Part shown: positions 17,857 to 26,560 of the stretch, piece by piece
How positions within the stretch are numbered: position 1 is the stretch's first letter
Layout of the letters: every line of letters starts with the position of its first letter
Origin: Terriglobia bacterium
GTDB taxonomy: Bacteria; Acidobacteriota; Terriglobia; Bryobacterales; JACQDG01
Assembly (NCBI GenBank): GCA_041482115.1
Contig: JBGPDC010000004.1
Location: forward strand, 354-64,353
DNA: 64,000 nt
Reading direction: 5' to 3'
The notes under the pieces: generated by a model
Databases searched by the model: none
What the model was told of the DNA's origin: nothing
Seen by the model: the letters and a program-made list of their open reading frames with translations, nothing else
Made by a program: the position numbers and the translations under genes

Positions 17857-18634
17857 TTCTTTCCCTCGGAGGCCGCACCACCAGATAGGCGCCGGCCAGC
17901 ACTAGCGCCGCCGCGAGCCACTGGGTGATCGATAGCGGTCCGCCCAGTGGGAAAGAGCCATCGGTCCGGTCGCGCCAGAACTCGATCACAAACCGGAAGG
18001 CCGGATACAGAATCAAGTAGAGGCCCAGAATGGCGCCCTCCTGGTGCGCGCGCCGGAACCGCGACCACAGTATGACAAAAATTACCAACTCGGCCAGGGA
18101 CTCGTAGAGCTGAGTGGGGTGCAGGGGGACCCCGAGCGGCACTCCGACCAGTTCGTGCGAAACCGGGTTGGTGAAGGTCACGGCCCAGGGCACGCTGGTC
18201 TGCTTGCCCCAGCAGCATCCGGCCAGGAAGCAGCCCACGCGCCCGATGGCATGGCCGATGGCGAGCCCCGGGGCGAAGGCGTCTGCGGTGCGTAGCGCCG
18301 GAAGTCCCGCGTGGCGCATGTACCACGCCGCCGTGGCCAAAGCTGCGAGGAGGCCGCCGAAGAAGATCCCGCCGGCCTGCAGGGTGTTGATCGAGAAGAT
18401 CTCACGGGGGTTCGCAAGATAGAAACTGTAGTCCGACAACACCAGCAACAGCTTCGCCCCGACGATGGCCGCCACCGTGACATAGATCCCGAGACTGGTG
18501 GCTTTGTCGGCATCGAGGCCGCTTTCGGTCGCGAGGCGGCCGGCGAGCCACAGGCCAGCGAGGAAACCCAGGGCCACCATAAGGCCGTAGCTGTGGAGAA
18601 CAAAAGACTGAATACGCAGAATCTCGGGATACAT
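17843..18634 (-). CDS. lgt: Prolipoprotein diacylglyceryl transferase
   Basis: SYGLM, GRVGCFLAGCCWG, HPTQLYE, RFVIEFWR. Confidence 0.92.
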   Translation of the reverse strand: MYPEILRIQSFVLHSYGLMVALGFLAGLWLAGRLATESGLDADKATSLGIYVTVAAIVGAKLLLVLSDYSFYLANPREIFSINTLQAGGIFFGGLLAALATAAWYMRHAGLPALRTADAFAPGLAIGHAIGRVGCFLAGCCWGKQTSVPWAVTFTNPVSHELVGVPLGVPLHPTQLYESLAELVIFVILWSRFRRAHQEGAILGLYLILYPAFRFVIEFWRDRTDGSFPLGGPLSITQWLAAALVLAGAYLVVRPPRERNATA

Positions 18635-19170
18635 TAGCGGTGGGGCCGGGGGTGGCGCGCGAGGTAAAGGAGCAGCAAGCCGCCGCCAATGACAATGGCC
18701 GAGTCGGCCAGGTTGAAGGCCGGCCAATGGACGTCGCCGACGTAGAAATCCAGAAAGTCTACGACCCGCCCTTGTCGGACGCGGTCAAAAAGGTTGCCCG
18801 CCGCACCGCCCAGGATCAGCGACAGGGCCGCAGGCTGCAGGCGGGAGCCGGGGGCGGACGTCCACAGCATGTAGATCACGGCTGCCAGAGCGACAGCGGA
18901 GGCCACGATCAACAAGGTGGTCTTGAGGGTCGAGGGGCTGTCGTTAAAGAGACCGAAGGCCATCCCTTCATTGGTGACGTGGACGATTTGAAAGAACCCG
19001 GGCACGACGCTCCGCGCCGAATACAGCGGAAACGTGCTCTCGATCAGAATCTTCGTCAGACGGTCGGCGACGAATACGCCGGCCGCGACCAGCAGACAGA
19101 CAAGCCTCCCGGAGGGGGCCACGGAAAGCGCCGCGGCTCCAGAGGTATCGACGTGAGCCTTAGTTTCCAC
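18634..19170 (-). CDS. lspA: Lipoprotein signal peptidase II
   Basis: NEGMAFG, GNLFDR, VVDFL, WPAFNLADS; directly downstream of ileS; start (GTG 19170) approximate. Confidence 0.93.
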   Translation of the reverse strand: METKAHVDTSGAAALSVAPSGRLVCLLVAAGVFVADRLTKILIESTFPLYSARSVVPGFFQIVHVTNEGMAFGLFNDSPSTLKTTLLIVASAVALAAVIYMLWTSAPGSRLQPAALSLILGGAAGNLFDRVRQGRVVDFLDFYVGDVHWPAFNLADSAIVIGGGLLLLYLARHPRPHR

Positions 19171-21961
19171 GCTGCATCTCGTCCACCACTTGGGCGCAGG
19201 GGCCGCAAATGGTCGGCCAGGCGGAGCTCGAGCCGACGTCGGTCGCGTATTTCCAGCAGCGCTCGCACTTGACACCGTCGGCGCGCTCGACCTTGACAGC
19301 GAGATCCGGCCCACCGTCGTCCAAAACCACCTGGGAGACGATGAACAGCATCGGCAGGTCCGGCAGGTAGTGTGACAGCCGCCGGTGTTCCATGCCGTTG
19401 ACCGACAGGCGCACGCGCGCCTCGAGGGAGCTGTTGATGAACTTTCCCTGCCGCGCCGTCTCGAGGGCCTTCAGCACAGTCTCGCGGACGTCGATGAGCC
19501 GATCCCAATTGGCGAGTAAGAGCGAATGCTTCAGCCCGGCCGCCAGCTCGCCCGGGGTGGGGAAGAGCGCGAGGTGGACGCTCTCCGGATCTCCCGGCAG
19601 CTTCGGCAACAGTTGCCAGACTTCTTCGCAGGTAAAAGTGAGAACCGGGGCCAGCAGCCGCACCAGGGCGTGGGTCAGCCGGTAGAGCGCAGTCTGGGCG
19701 CTGCGCCGGGCGGGCGACCCGGTGGCCGCGGTGTACAGGCGATCCTTGAGGACGTCGAAGTAGAGCGAGCTGAGATCCACCGTGGCGAAGCCGAGCGCGC
19801 TGTGGTGCACTTTGTGGAACGCGAACTCCTCGTACCAGCGGCGGCAATCGGTGACGAGCTGGTCGGCGCGCAGCAGGGCCCACTGGTCGATCTCCTGCAT
19901 CCGATCGACGGGCACGGTGTGCAGTGCCGGGTCGAACCCATGCAGATTGCCCAGCATGTAGCGGAACGTGTTCCGCAGCTTGCGGTAGGCTTCCGAGAGC
20001 CGCGTCAGCATGTCGGGCGAGATGCGGGCATCCTCGCGGGACTCGATGGAGCTGGCACACAGGCGCAGGATCTCGGCCCCGTGCGACTTGATGACGTCCT
20101 CCGGCTCGATCGTGTTGCCAACGGATTTCGACATCGCGCGGCCCTGCGCGTCGAGCACAAAGCCGTGGGTGAGACACTCCCGATAAGGGGGCTCGCCGCG
20201 CACACCCATGCCGATCAGCAGCGAGCTATGAAACCAGCCACGATACTGGTCGGCGCCTTCGAGGTAGAGATTGGCCGGCCAGGGGAGGTCGGGCTGATGG
20301 CCAAGCACCGCGAGGTGGCTGGACCCCGAGTCGAACCACACGTCAAGGATGTCGCTTTCCTTGCGAAACGTCGTTCCGCCGCAGGGGCATTTCGTGCCGG
20401 GGGGCATGAGATCGGCGGCTTCGCGCTCATACCAGACATCGGCAGTGTGCTCGGCGAACAAACGCACCACGTCGTCAAGCACCTGGCGATCGGTCAGGGG
20501 CTCCTGGCAAGCGTCGCAATAGAAGGCGGTGATCGGCACGCCCCAGATGCGCTGGCGCGAGATGCACCAGTCCGGGCGCGTGGCGATCATGTTCGACATG
20601 CGCTCGGCGCCCCACTCGGGGATCCACTTGACACCCCGGATCGCCTCGAGGGTCCGGCTGCGGAGCTCGTTGCGGTCCATGCCGATGAACCACTGCTCGG
20701 TGGCGCGAAAGATGGTCGCCTGGTGGCAGCGCCAGCAGTGCGGATAGCTGTGGTCGATCTTCTCCTCGGCGAGCAGAGCGCCGCGCTCTCGCAGCAACTC
20801 CAGCACCAGAGGGTTCGCCTCCCACACCGTCTTACCGATCAGCACATCCGGCAGTTTCCCGTCGGCGCCGGTGGCGTGATAGAAGCGGCCGGCCGCGTCC
20901 ACGGGACAGTAAGTCGCGATGCCGTATTGCTGGCCTACGATGTAGTCTTCGAGGCCGTGCCCCGGGGCGGTGTGGACCGCGCCGGTGCCTTGCTCGAGGG
21001 TCACGTGGTCGGCGAGGATACCGCGCGAGACCCGCTCCAAGAACGGATGACGGAAATTCAGCCCTTCGAGTTTCTCGCCGGTGAAGCTGGCCAGGACCTC
21101 GTACTTTCCGAAGCGGCAGCGCGCGGCGGTCGCTTCGAGCAGCGCCTGCGCGACGATATACACCTCCCGGTTCTCGGCCTCGACAGCCACGTATTCGAAC
21201 TTCGGGTGGTAGGCGATCGCCATATTGGCCGGGATCGTCCAGGGGGTCGTGGTCCAGATGATGGCGCTGACCTTGCGCCCGGCGAGGGCCGGAGCGATCT
21301 TCTCCGCGCCCTCCGGCAGCTCGAACTGCACCCAGACCGACGGGCTCGAATGGTTCTCGTACTCGACTTCGGCCTCGGCGAGCGCGGTGCGGTCGCGCAT
21401 ACACCAGTGGACCGGCTTGAGACCCTTGTAGACGTAGCCCCGGTCGAGCATCTCGACGAACGCTCCAGCCGTCACCGACTCGTATTGAGCCGACATCGTC
21501 AGGTAGGGGTCGTCCCAGCGGCCGAAAACGCCCAGCCGTTCGAACGCGCGGCGTTGCAGCTCGACGTACTTGCCGGCGTACTTGCGGCAGGCGGCGCGAA
21601 TCTGGAGCGCGCTCATGCCGGCCTTGCGCGCGCCGAGTTCCTGGTCAACCTTGATCTCGATGGGCAGGCCGTGGCAGTCCCAGCCGGGCACGTAGGGGGA
21701 GTCGAACCCCGCCATGGTCTTGGACTTCACAATGAAGTCCTTCAAGGTCTTGTTGATGGCGTGGCCCAGGTGGATGTTGCCGTTGGCGTAAGGCGGACCG
21801 TCGTGCAGGAGATAGCTGGGAGCCCCGGCCCGAGCCTTCCGGATGCGGCCATACAGGCCCTCCTGGGCCCATTTTTCGAGCATCTTGGGTTCGTTTTGCG
21901 GCAGGTTGGCCTTCATCGAGAAGGCCGTTTTCGGCAGGTTGACCGTGTCCTTGAGGTCCAT
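19160..21961 (-). CDS. ileS: Isoleucine--tRNA ligase (IleRS1 type)
   Basis: DGPPYANGNIHLGH, WDCHGLPIE, AMSKS, C-terminal CERCW zinc motif. Confidence 0.97.
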   Translation of the reverse strand: MDLKDTVNLPKTAFSMKANLPQNEPKMLEKWAQEGLYGRIRKARAGAPSYLLHDGPPYANGNIHLGHAINKTLKDFIVKSKTMAGFDSPYVPGWDCHGLPIEIKVDQELGARKAGMSALQIRAACRKYAGKYVELQRRAFERLGVFGRWDDPYLTMSAQYESVTAGAFVEMLDRGYVYKGLKPVHWCMRDRTALAEAEVEYENHSSPSVWVQFELPEGAEKIAPALAGRKVSAIIWTTTPWTIPANMAIAYHPKFEYVAVEAENREVYIVAQALLEATAARCRFGKYEVLASFTGEKLEGLNFRHPFLERVSRGILADHVTLEQGTGAVHTAPGHGLEDYIVGQQYGIATYCPVDAAGRFYHATGADGKLPDVLIGKTVWEANPLVLELLRERGALLAEEKIDHSYPHCWRCHQATIFRATEQWFIGMDRNELRSRTLEAIRGVKWIPEWGAERMSNMIATRPDWCISRQRIWGVPITAFYCDACQEPLTDRQVLDDVVRLFAEHTADVWYEREAADLMPPGTKCPCGGTTFRKESDILDVWFDSGSSHLAVLGHQPDLPWPANLYLEGADQYRGWFHSSLLIGMGVRGEPPYRECLTHGFVLDAQGRAMSKSVGNTIEPEDVIKSHGAEILRLCASSIESREDARISPDMLTRLSEAYRKLRNTFRYMLGNLHGFDPALHTVPVDRMQEIDQWALLRADQLVTDCRRWYEEFAFHKVHHSALGFATVDLSSLYFDVLKDRLYTAATGSPARRSAQTALYRLTHALVRLLAPVLTFTCEEVWQLLPKLPGDPESVHLALFPTPGELAAGLKHSLLLANWDRLIDVRETVLKALETARQGKFINSSLEARVRLSVNGMEHRRLSHYLPDLPMLFIVSQVVLDDGGPDLAVKVERADGVKCERCWKYATDVGSSSAWPTICGPCAQVVDEMQRGN

Positions 21962-22164
21962 AAGAGAATGCTGTCGGCGCCCCGGAGTGAGTATCCAATT
22001 CGATTATAGCGTGGGCCTTGCGGCGCGGCCCGATCGCGACGCTACGGTTTTCCGTAGACACTCTGTGAACAATTAACAGGTGACCTCTTGCATGGGTCCG
22101 CTGCTTCGGGTTATAAGGTTGATAAGCCAAGAGATGTGTTAAACTACAACCAGCTTCCAAAAGA

Positions 22165-22191
22165 TGTAACGCCTGTACATCAAGGAGCGTC
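22165..22191 (+). promoter_or_regulatory. Candidate ECF-sigma promoter of tonB
   Basis: TGTAAC-N17-CGTC. Confidence 0.45.
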
Positions 22192-22228
22192 GATACTGCA
22201 GAGAGAGGTCCTAGGAGTGGAGACGTAA

Positions 22229-23254
22229 GTGGACAGGAACGACGCCCTCAACAGCGCCCCTCCGGGTGGTGTGCCCGCCGCGGCGAAATCAGGCGACGAG
22301 CATCTCGATCATTTTATTCTCAGTTCTCTCGAGCAGCCCTGGTATGGATCGCTCCTCCAGCAGGTCCGGGAGCGGCTCAACCGCAAGCCCGAAGCGCCGC
22401 TGGTGCTGACGTCGAAACCGGTTCCGGTTAAGGACATCTGGGGCTTCTATGACAACCGCAAGAAGGCGGCCCTCTCCTCGATGTGCTCGCACCTGGCGCT
22501 GGTGCTTCTGATGGTGCTGGTGGCCTCGAACAAACACGTCCAGAGCCTGGCCAAACAGACGGCGACGCTGGTGCTGCCGATCGACATCTCTCCCTACGTG
22601 CCGACGGCGCCGCCTAAACCGAACGGCAAGTCCAGCGGGGGAGGCGGCGGAGGTGGCGATCGCTCCCCGCTGCCGGCGAGCAAGGGACGGCTGCCGAAGT
22701 TTGCGCTCGAGCAGTTCACGCCGCCCACGGCGAAGATCATCAACGAGGATCCGAAGCTGGCCATGGACCCGACGGTAGTGGTGCCGCCCGACCTTTCCTT
22801 CCCGAATCCCAACATGGCGCAATTCGGTGACCCGCTCGCGAGGATCGGTCCGCCGTCGAACGGACCCGGCTCGGGCGGCGGCATCGGCTCGGGCCGAGGC
22901 GGTGGCGTCGGTTCTGGCAGCGGTCCTGGCGTGGGGCCGGGGTCGGGCGGTGGCATGGGTGGCGGCGTTTTCCGCGTGGGCGGAGGCGTCAGCGCGCCAC
23001 AGTTGATCCACCGCGTCGATCCGGAGTATTCCGAAGAGGCGCGCAAGGCGAAGCACCAGGGCACCGTGGAGCTCTACGTCGAAGTGGAACCCGACGGTAC
23101 CGCGCACCGCATCCAGGTGCGGCGCAGCCTGGGACTAGGGCTCGACGAGAAAGCCGTCGAGGCCGTGAAGCAGTGGAAGTTCCGTCCGGCGATGAAGGAC
23201 GGGAAGCCAGTTACGGTCGGCGCGCTGGTGACAGTCCACTTCCGGCTGCTGTAG
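22229..23254 (+). CDS. tonB: Energy transducer TonB (Gly-rich type)
   Basis: Single TM, Gly/Pro linker, PEYSEEARKAK...GLDEKAVEAVKQWKFRP. Confidence 0.9.
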   Translation: MDRNDALNSAPPGGVPAAAKSGDEHLDHFILSSLEQPWYGSLLQQVRERLNRKPEAPLVLTSKPVPVKDIWGFYDNRKKAALSSMCSHLALVLLMVLVASNKHVQSLAKQTATLVLPIDISPYVPTAPPKPNGKSSGGGGGGGDRSPLPASKGRLPKFALEQFTPPTAKIINEDPKLAMDPTVVVPPDLSFPNPNMAQFGDPLARIGPPSNGPGSGGGIGSGRGGGVGSGSGPGVGPGSGGGMGGGVFRVGGGVSAPQLIHRVDPEYSEEARKAKHQGTVELYVEVEPDGTAHRIQVRRSLGLGLDEKAVEAVKQWKFRPAMKDGKPVTVGALVTVHFRLL

Positions 23255-23306
23255 ACGAACCGTTCGGCAACCCTTTATACTCGTAAGAAGAGCGGCAACC
23301 TCATGC

Positions 23307-23380
23307 TGGGAGGTCGTCCAACGGTAGGACAGCAGATTCTGGATCTGCTTATCGGGGTTCGAATCCCTGCCTCCCAGCCA
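23307..23380 (+). tRNA. tRNA-Gln (CTG)
   Basis: Acceptor stem TGGGAGG/CCTCCCA-GCCA, anticodon arm gcaga-ttCTGga-tctgc, T-loop GGTTCGAATCC, encoded CCA. Confidence 0.95.
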
Positions 23381-23556
23381 CCACGGAAATCGACATATGC
23401 TGCGTGGTTTCGATCTTCGGATCGGCGCCGGGGGTCAGTAGAAGTTCAGTCACCGGAGACGCGCGGATTGTGGCTGGGAACGGCGCTTCGCCACTCCTGC
23501 CCATCCGGTTCTTCAGGCACGGTCAGGCGTCGATCGCGGCCGCGGGGGCCGTGGTT

Positions 23557-24555
23557 TCAAAACAACACGAGTTGCTCCGCTCCCGCGGGACGATAGTTCA
23601 ACCGCAACACGCTGGCTTCCTCCACGCGATCCCAATGCTCGCAGATCCAGGTCAGCTCGCGGGCGCAGCAGCCCAGGTCGATTACCGCGTCCAGCAGGCG
23701 GTACAGCAGTTCGTATGCCTCGGCGAATCGCCGCTCGGCGATCAGACGCCGGGCGTATGCCAGAGTCTCGGGTGTCTCCAAAACCTTAACGGGGTCGTGC
23801 GTAATTGCGGTGGACGTGCGTCCACTCGCGATCAGTTCCAGAGAAATCTCAGTCCGCGGAGCATCCAGCACGACCAGGCACCGGCGTGTGGCCAGGAACT
23901 CGCGGATGCGTCCGCAATTCTCCTTCGTCGGACCATCGAGTGCGAGACCTAGCTGATGGCCCAGTTCTCCCGAGGCTTGTGCCAGGGTGCGGCCCTGGCA
24001 CGGCACCCACAGTACCGCCTCGAACTCCTCCTCCGCCTCCCTGGCGAACCGCGACGCAACGGCGCCGCTGACGTGCAGCGTGCCGGCGCGATCGGCCAGA
24101 CTCACATACAAATCCTCCAGATCGCCCGAGAACTCGAAGCTCGGTGCCTCGCCCGGCGCCCGCTGCCGCAGCGTGAACCAACGCTTTAGCAGCCGCCAGG
24201 CAGTCAAACAGTTGGTGGTTGCGTCAATGAAATTCCGCCGCCGCAACAGCGGCGGAAATGAACATTCCCGCAACAGCATCGTGACCACTTCTACCTGGGC
24301 TTGTTTCGCCCGTTCGAAAAGCACCGGCTCCCAGCGTTCGCGAACCCACCGTGTTGGGGAGGACGACGGAGACAGCAGCAGCAACAGCACATCGGCGCAA
24401 AGGCCTTCTTCCGCTTTTGCGATCAAGCCCCCGTTTTCACCGATCTGCCCGTCGTCGACGTAGCAGGCAAGATCACAGCTGAACTCCAGGAATCCGGCAA
24501 GGTGACTTGCGACGTCATGGTCGGGCCGAGCATGAGCGAAAAATGCGGTCGCCAA
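23557..24555 (-). CDS. TIR-domain protein with a degenerate NB-ARC/STAND-like region and a short TPR-like tail
   Basis: FFAHARPD...ADVLLLLLSPSS...W TIR_2 pattern; RRCLVVLD Walker-B-like strand; start (TTG 24555) uncertain. Confidence 0.65.
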   Translation of the reverse strand: MATAFFAHARPDHDVASHLAGFLEFSCDLACYVDDGQIGENGGLIAKAEEGLCADVLLLLLSPSSSPTRWVRERWEPVLFERAKQAQVEVVTMLLRECSFPPLLRRRNFIDATTNCLTAWRLLKRWFTLRQRAPGEAPSFEFSGDLEDLYVSLADRAGTLHVSGAVASRFAREAEEEFEAVLWVPCQGRTLAQASGELGHQLGLALDGPTKENCGRIREFLATRRCLVVLDAPRTEISLELIASGRTSTAITHDPVKVLETPETLAYARRLIAERRFAEAYELLYRLLDAVIDLGCCARELTWICEHWDRVEEASVLRLNYRPAGAEQLVLF

Positions 24556-24607
24556 GAGCCGAATATAACTCCGTTCACCGAGCACCTTGACTTGCACCCG
24601 CAGGCGC

Positions 24608-24623
24608 GTATAAAATTTTATAC
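24608..24623. promoter_or_regulatory. Palindromic operator of the toxin-antitoxin operon
   Basis: gtataaaattttatac, perfect 16-bp palindrome 11 nt before the toxin ATG, overlapping a -10-like sequence. Confidence 0.65.
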
Positions 24624-24634
24624 AGGTTGGCTGT

Positions 24635-24979
24635 ATGGACGATGCAAGACAGATCCGTTGGGTAGGGTCTGCCTACGACGATCTGCTGGCATTTCCAAAG
24701 GATGCCCGGAAGGAAGCGGGCTTCCAGTTGGGGAAGGTCCAGAGAGGACTTGAGCCGGCCGACTGGAAGCCGTTTGACGAGGTAGGTGCCGGCACGAGGG
24801 AGATTCGGATCCGGGAGGCAAGCGGTATTTACCGCGTGATGTACGTCGCTAAGTTCGAGGAAGCCATCTACGTGCTGCACTGCTTCCAGAAGAGGACTCC
24901 GGTGACCAGCAAGCACGACAAGGCTGTTGCCGCGGCGCGCTTTCGCGCCGTGGTCAACGTGAGGAAGGAAAAGAAATGA
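24635..24979 (+). CDS. higB: Type II TA toxin, RelE/HigB (Gp49-like) family
   Basis: DWKPF..VGAGTREIRI...YRVMYVAKFEEAIYVLHCFQK. Confidence 0.88.
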   Translation: MDDARQIRWVGSAYDDLLAFPKDARKEAGFQLGKVQRGLEPADWKPFDEVGAGTREIRIREASGIYRVMYVAKFEEAIYVLHCFQKRTPVTSKHDKAVAAARFRAVVNVRKEKK

Positions 24980-25308
24980 AGATCGACACCGAAATCCGCC
25001 ATGTGACAAAGCCGGGCGCGAACCTCTTCCTGGAACTGGGTTTTACGCCGGACGAGGCCAAGCGTCTACAGGCTGCGTCCCGCAAACAGATCAATGACAC
25101 GCGCCTGCTGAAGCGGCAACTGATGGAAGAGCTGTCTGTCTGGATTGCGAAACATCACCTAAAGCAGGCCGAGGCCGCCGAGATTCTGAGGGTCTCGCGC
25201 CCGCGTGTGTCCGACGTGGTCAACAAGAAAACGGCCAAGTTCACCATCGATACGCTTGTGGAAATGCTCAGCCGTGTCGGCAAGCCGGTCAAGCTGGCAA
25301 TCAGTTGA
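24976..25308 (+). CDS. higA: XRE-family HTH antitoxin
   Basis: NLFLELGF, LKQAEAAEILRVSRPRVSDV..KFTIDTLV; ATGA overlap with the toxin. Confidence 0.88.
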   Translation: MKIDTEIRHVTKPGANLFLELGFTPDEAKRLQAASRKQINDTRLLKRQLMEELSVWIAKHHLKQAEAAEILRVSRPRVSDVVNKKTAKFTIDTLVEMLSRVGKPVKLAIS

Positions 25309-25556
25309 CCCGCGGATGTCCTGATGCTTGGGCAATTCTCCGCGCTAGCTCTCTATTTTAATCAATACGTGGCGGGCGGAGAGGTGGTTGGAAGGTATTG
25401 TTTCCGGGCAGCCAATCCTTCCAATACCTTAGCGAGGTCACACCGTCGGCTCTCTCCGGTACTATAGTTTTCTGCCTCCTCAGTAGTTCGCCTCACCCGA
25501 ATTCGGTACCGGCCTACCATTGCCAAAACCGGCCCCTACCCGGCAAACTCGCTTCC

Positions 25557-25838
25557 ATGGCGATGGCTTTGAAAAGTTTTGAACGGCTCGCCGGCTCCAT
25601 GCTGCTGCAAGCCATGGCAGACCTAAAGTCCGGTTCGGTGAAGCACCGCGGTCTGGCCTTCGAGTGGCTGGAAGGCAAGAACGACGACAAATTGAGCTTT
25701 GTCCACTGCTGCCGGATGCTGGGACGGGACCCGGAACAAGTCCGCGGCGTGATACTGCGCGGCTTGTATCGGGACTCCGCGGCCCTGGCTGGCGGTAGGA
25801 TTGCCGCCGACCATCCTTTCGTCGACGCTGTGAACTAA
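25557..25838 (+). CDS. Small helical hypothetical protein
   Basis: 93-aa ORF with an LLQAMADL...AFEWL...SFVHCCRMLGRDPEQVR pattern. Confidence 0.6.
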   Translation: MAMALKSFERLAGSMLLQAMADLKSGSVKHRGLAFEWLEGKNDDKLSFVHCCRMLGRDPEQVRGVILRGLYRDSAALAGGRIAADHPFVDAVN

Positions 25839-25897
25839 GGCGAGACGGAACTACCGAGCAGGCCCCCGGCGGCGGTAGCCTGGCCTGGCCCGAATTC

Positions 25898-26560
25898 TTA
25901 CAACTGATCGCTGAACTGTTCGAGCGCGATCCGGACCAACTGGCTGCGGGTGCGCACGCCGGTCTTGTTGAACAGTTGTTGCACGGTACCCTTGACAGCG
26001 CTCTCGGTCACGCCGATTTGATCGGCGATCTGTTTATTGGAGGCGCCCTCCATGACCCCCCGCAGGACCACCGCCTCGCGCTCGGAGAGCTTCCGAGCTT
26101 CGTCGGAAGCTGCCCGGGGGCTGGCGGCGCGCATCAGGGCCGCCAGAAAGCGCGGCTCGAGCCAGACGTCCCCGCCCACCACCGTCCGAATGGCCTTCGC
26201 CAGCGTGGCCGGCGGGTGATGCTTCAGGAAGATGCCGGCGGCGCCCTGCGCCATTAGCGCCACCACATCCCGCTCGGTCATATTGGCGCCCGCGGTCACC
26301 ACCAAGGTCCGCCCGCGAAAGCCGCGGCTGGCGGCTTCGCTGAGGAAGCGGTTGCCGCGCTGTTGGCCGAGGTCGAGGTCGAGAAGCACCACGTCGGCGG
26401 GCTCCGCCGCCAACTGCTCCAAGGCCTCTTCCACGGAGCCGCAACCACGGGCGGTCTGGAAATCCGGCTCCGCATCCAGCAGGCGGGCAATGGAATCCCG
26501 GAACAGCGCATGGTCGTCGAGCACGAGAATCGTGACCTTGCCGGTCGGACTAGAAGTCAT
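25898..26560 (-). CDS. NarL/LuxR family response regulator
   Basis: LDDH, LLDLDL, LSERE...GASNKQIA HTH. Confidence 0.93.
   Translation of the reverse strand: MTSSPTGKVTILVLDDHALFRDSIARLLDAEPDFQTARGCGSVEEALEQLAAEPADVVLLDLDLGQQRGNRFLSEAASRGFRGRTLVVTAGANMTERDVVALMAQGAAGIFLKHHPPATLAKAIRTVVGGDVWLEPRFLAALMRAASPRAASDEARKLSEREAVVLRGVMEGASNKQIADQIGVTESAVKGTVQQLFNKTGVRTRSQLVRIALEQFSDQL

Noticed and set aside
19526..22009. 827-aa plus-strand ORF
   Set aside because: Antisense shadow of ileS, expected from high-GC codon bias; no recognisable motifs.
21962..22228. T-box leader for ileS
   Set aside because: No T-box consensus visible, and a TATAAT lies only ~40 nt upstream of the start.
22860..22990. 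GGC-rich repeats
   Set aside because: They encode the Gly-rich TonB linker.
25400..25415. attR duplication of the tRNA-Gln 3' end
   Set aside because: Only 6 nt (cagcca) match and there is no integrase; kept only as weak context.
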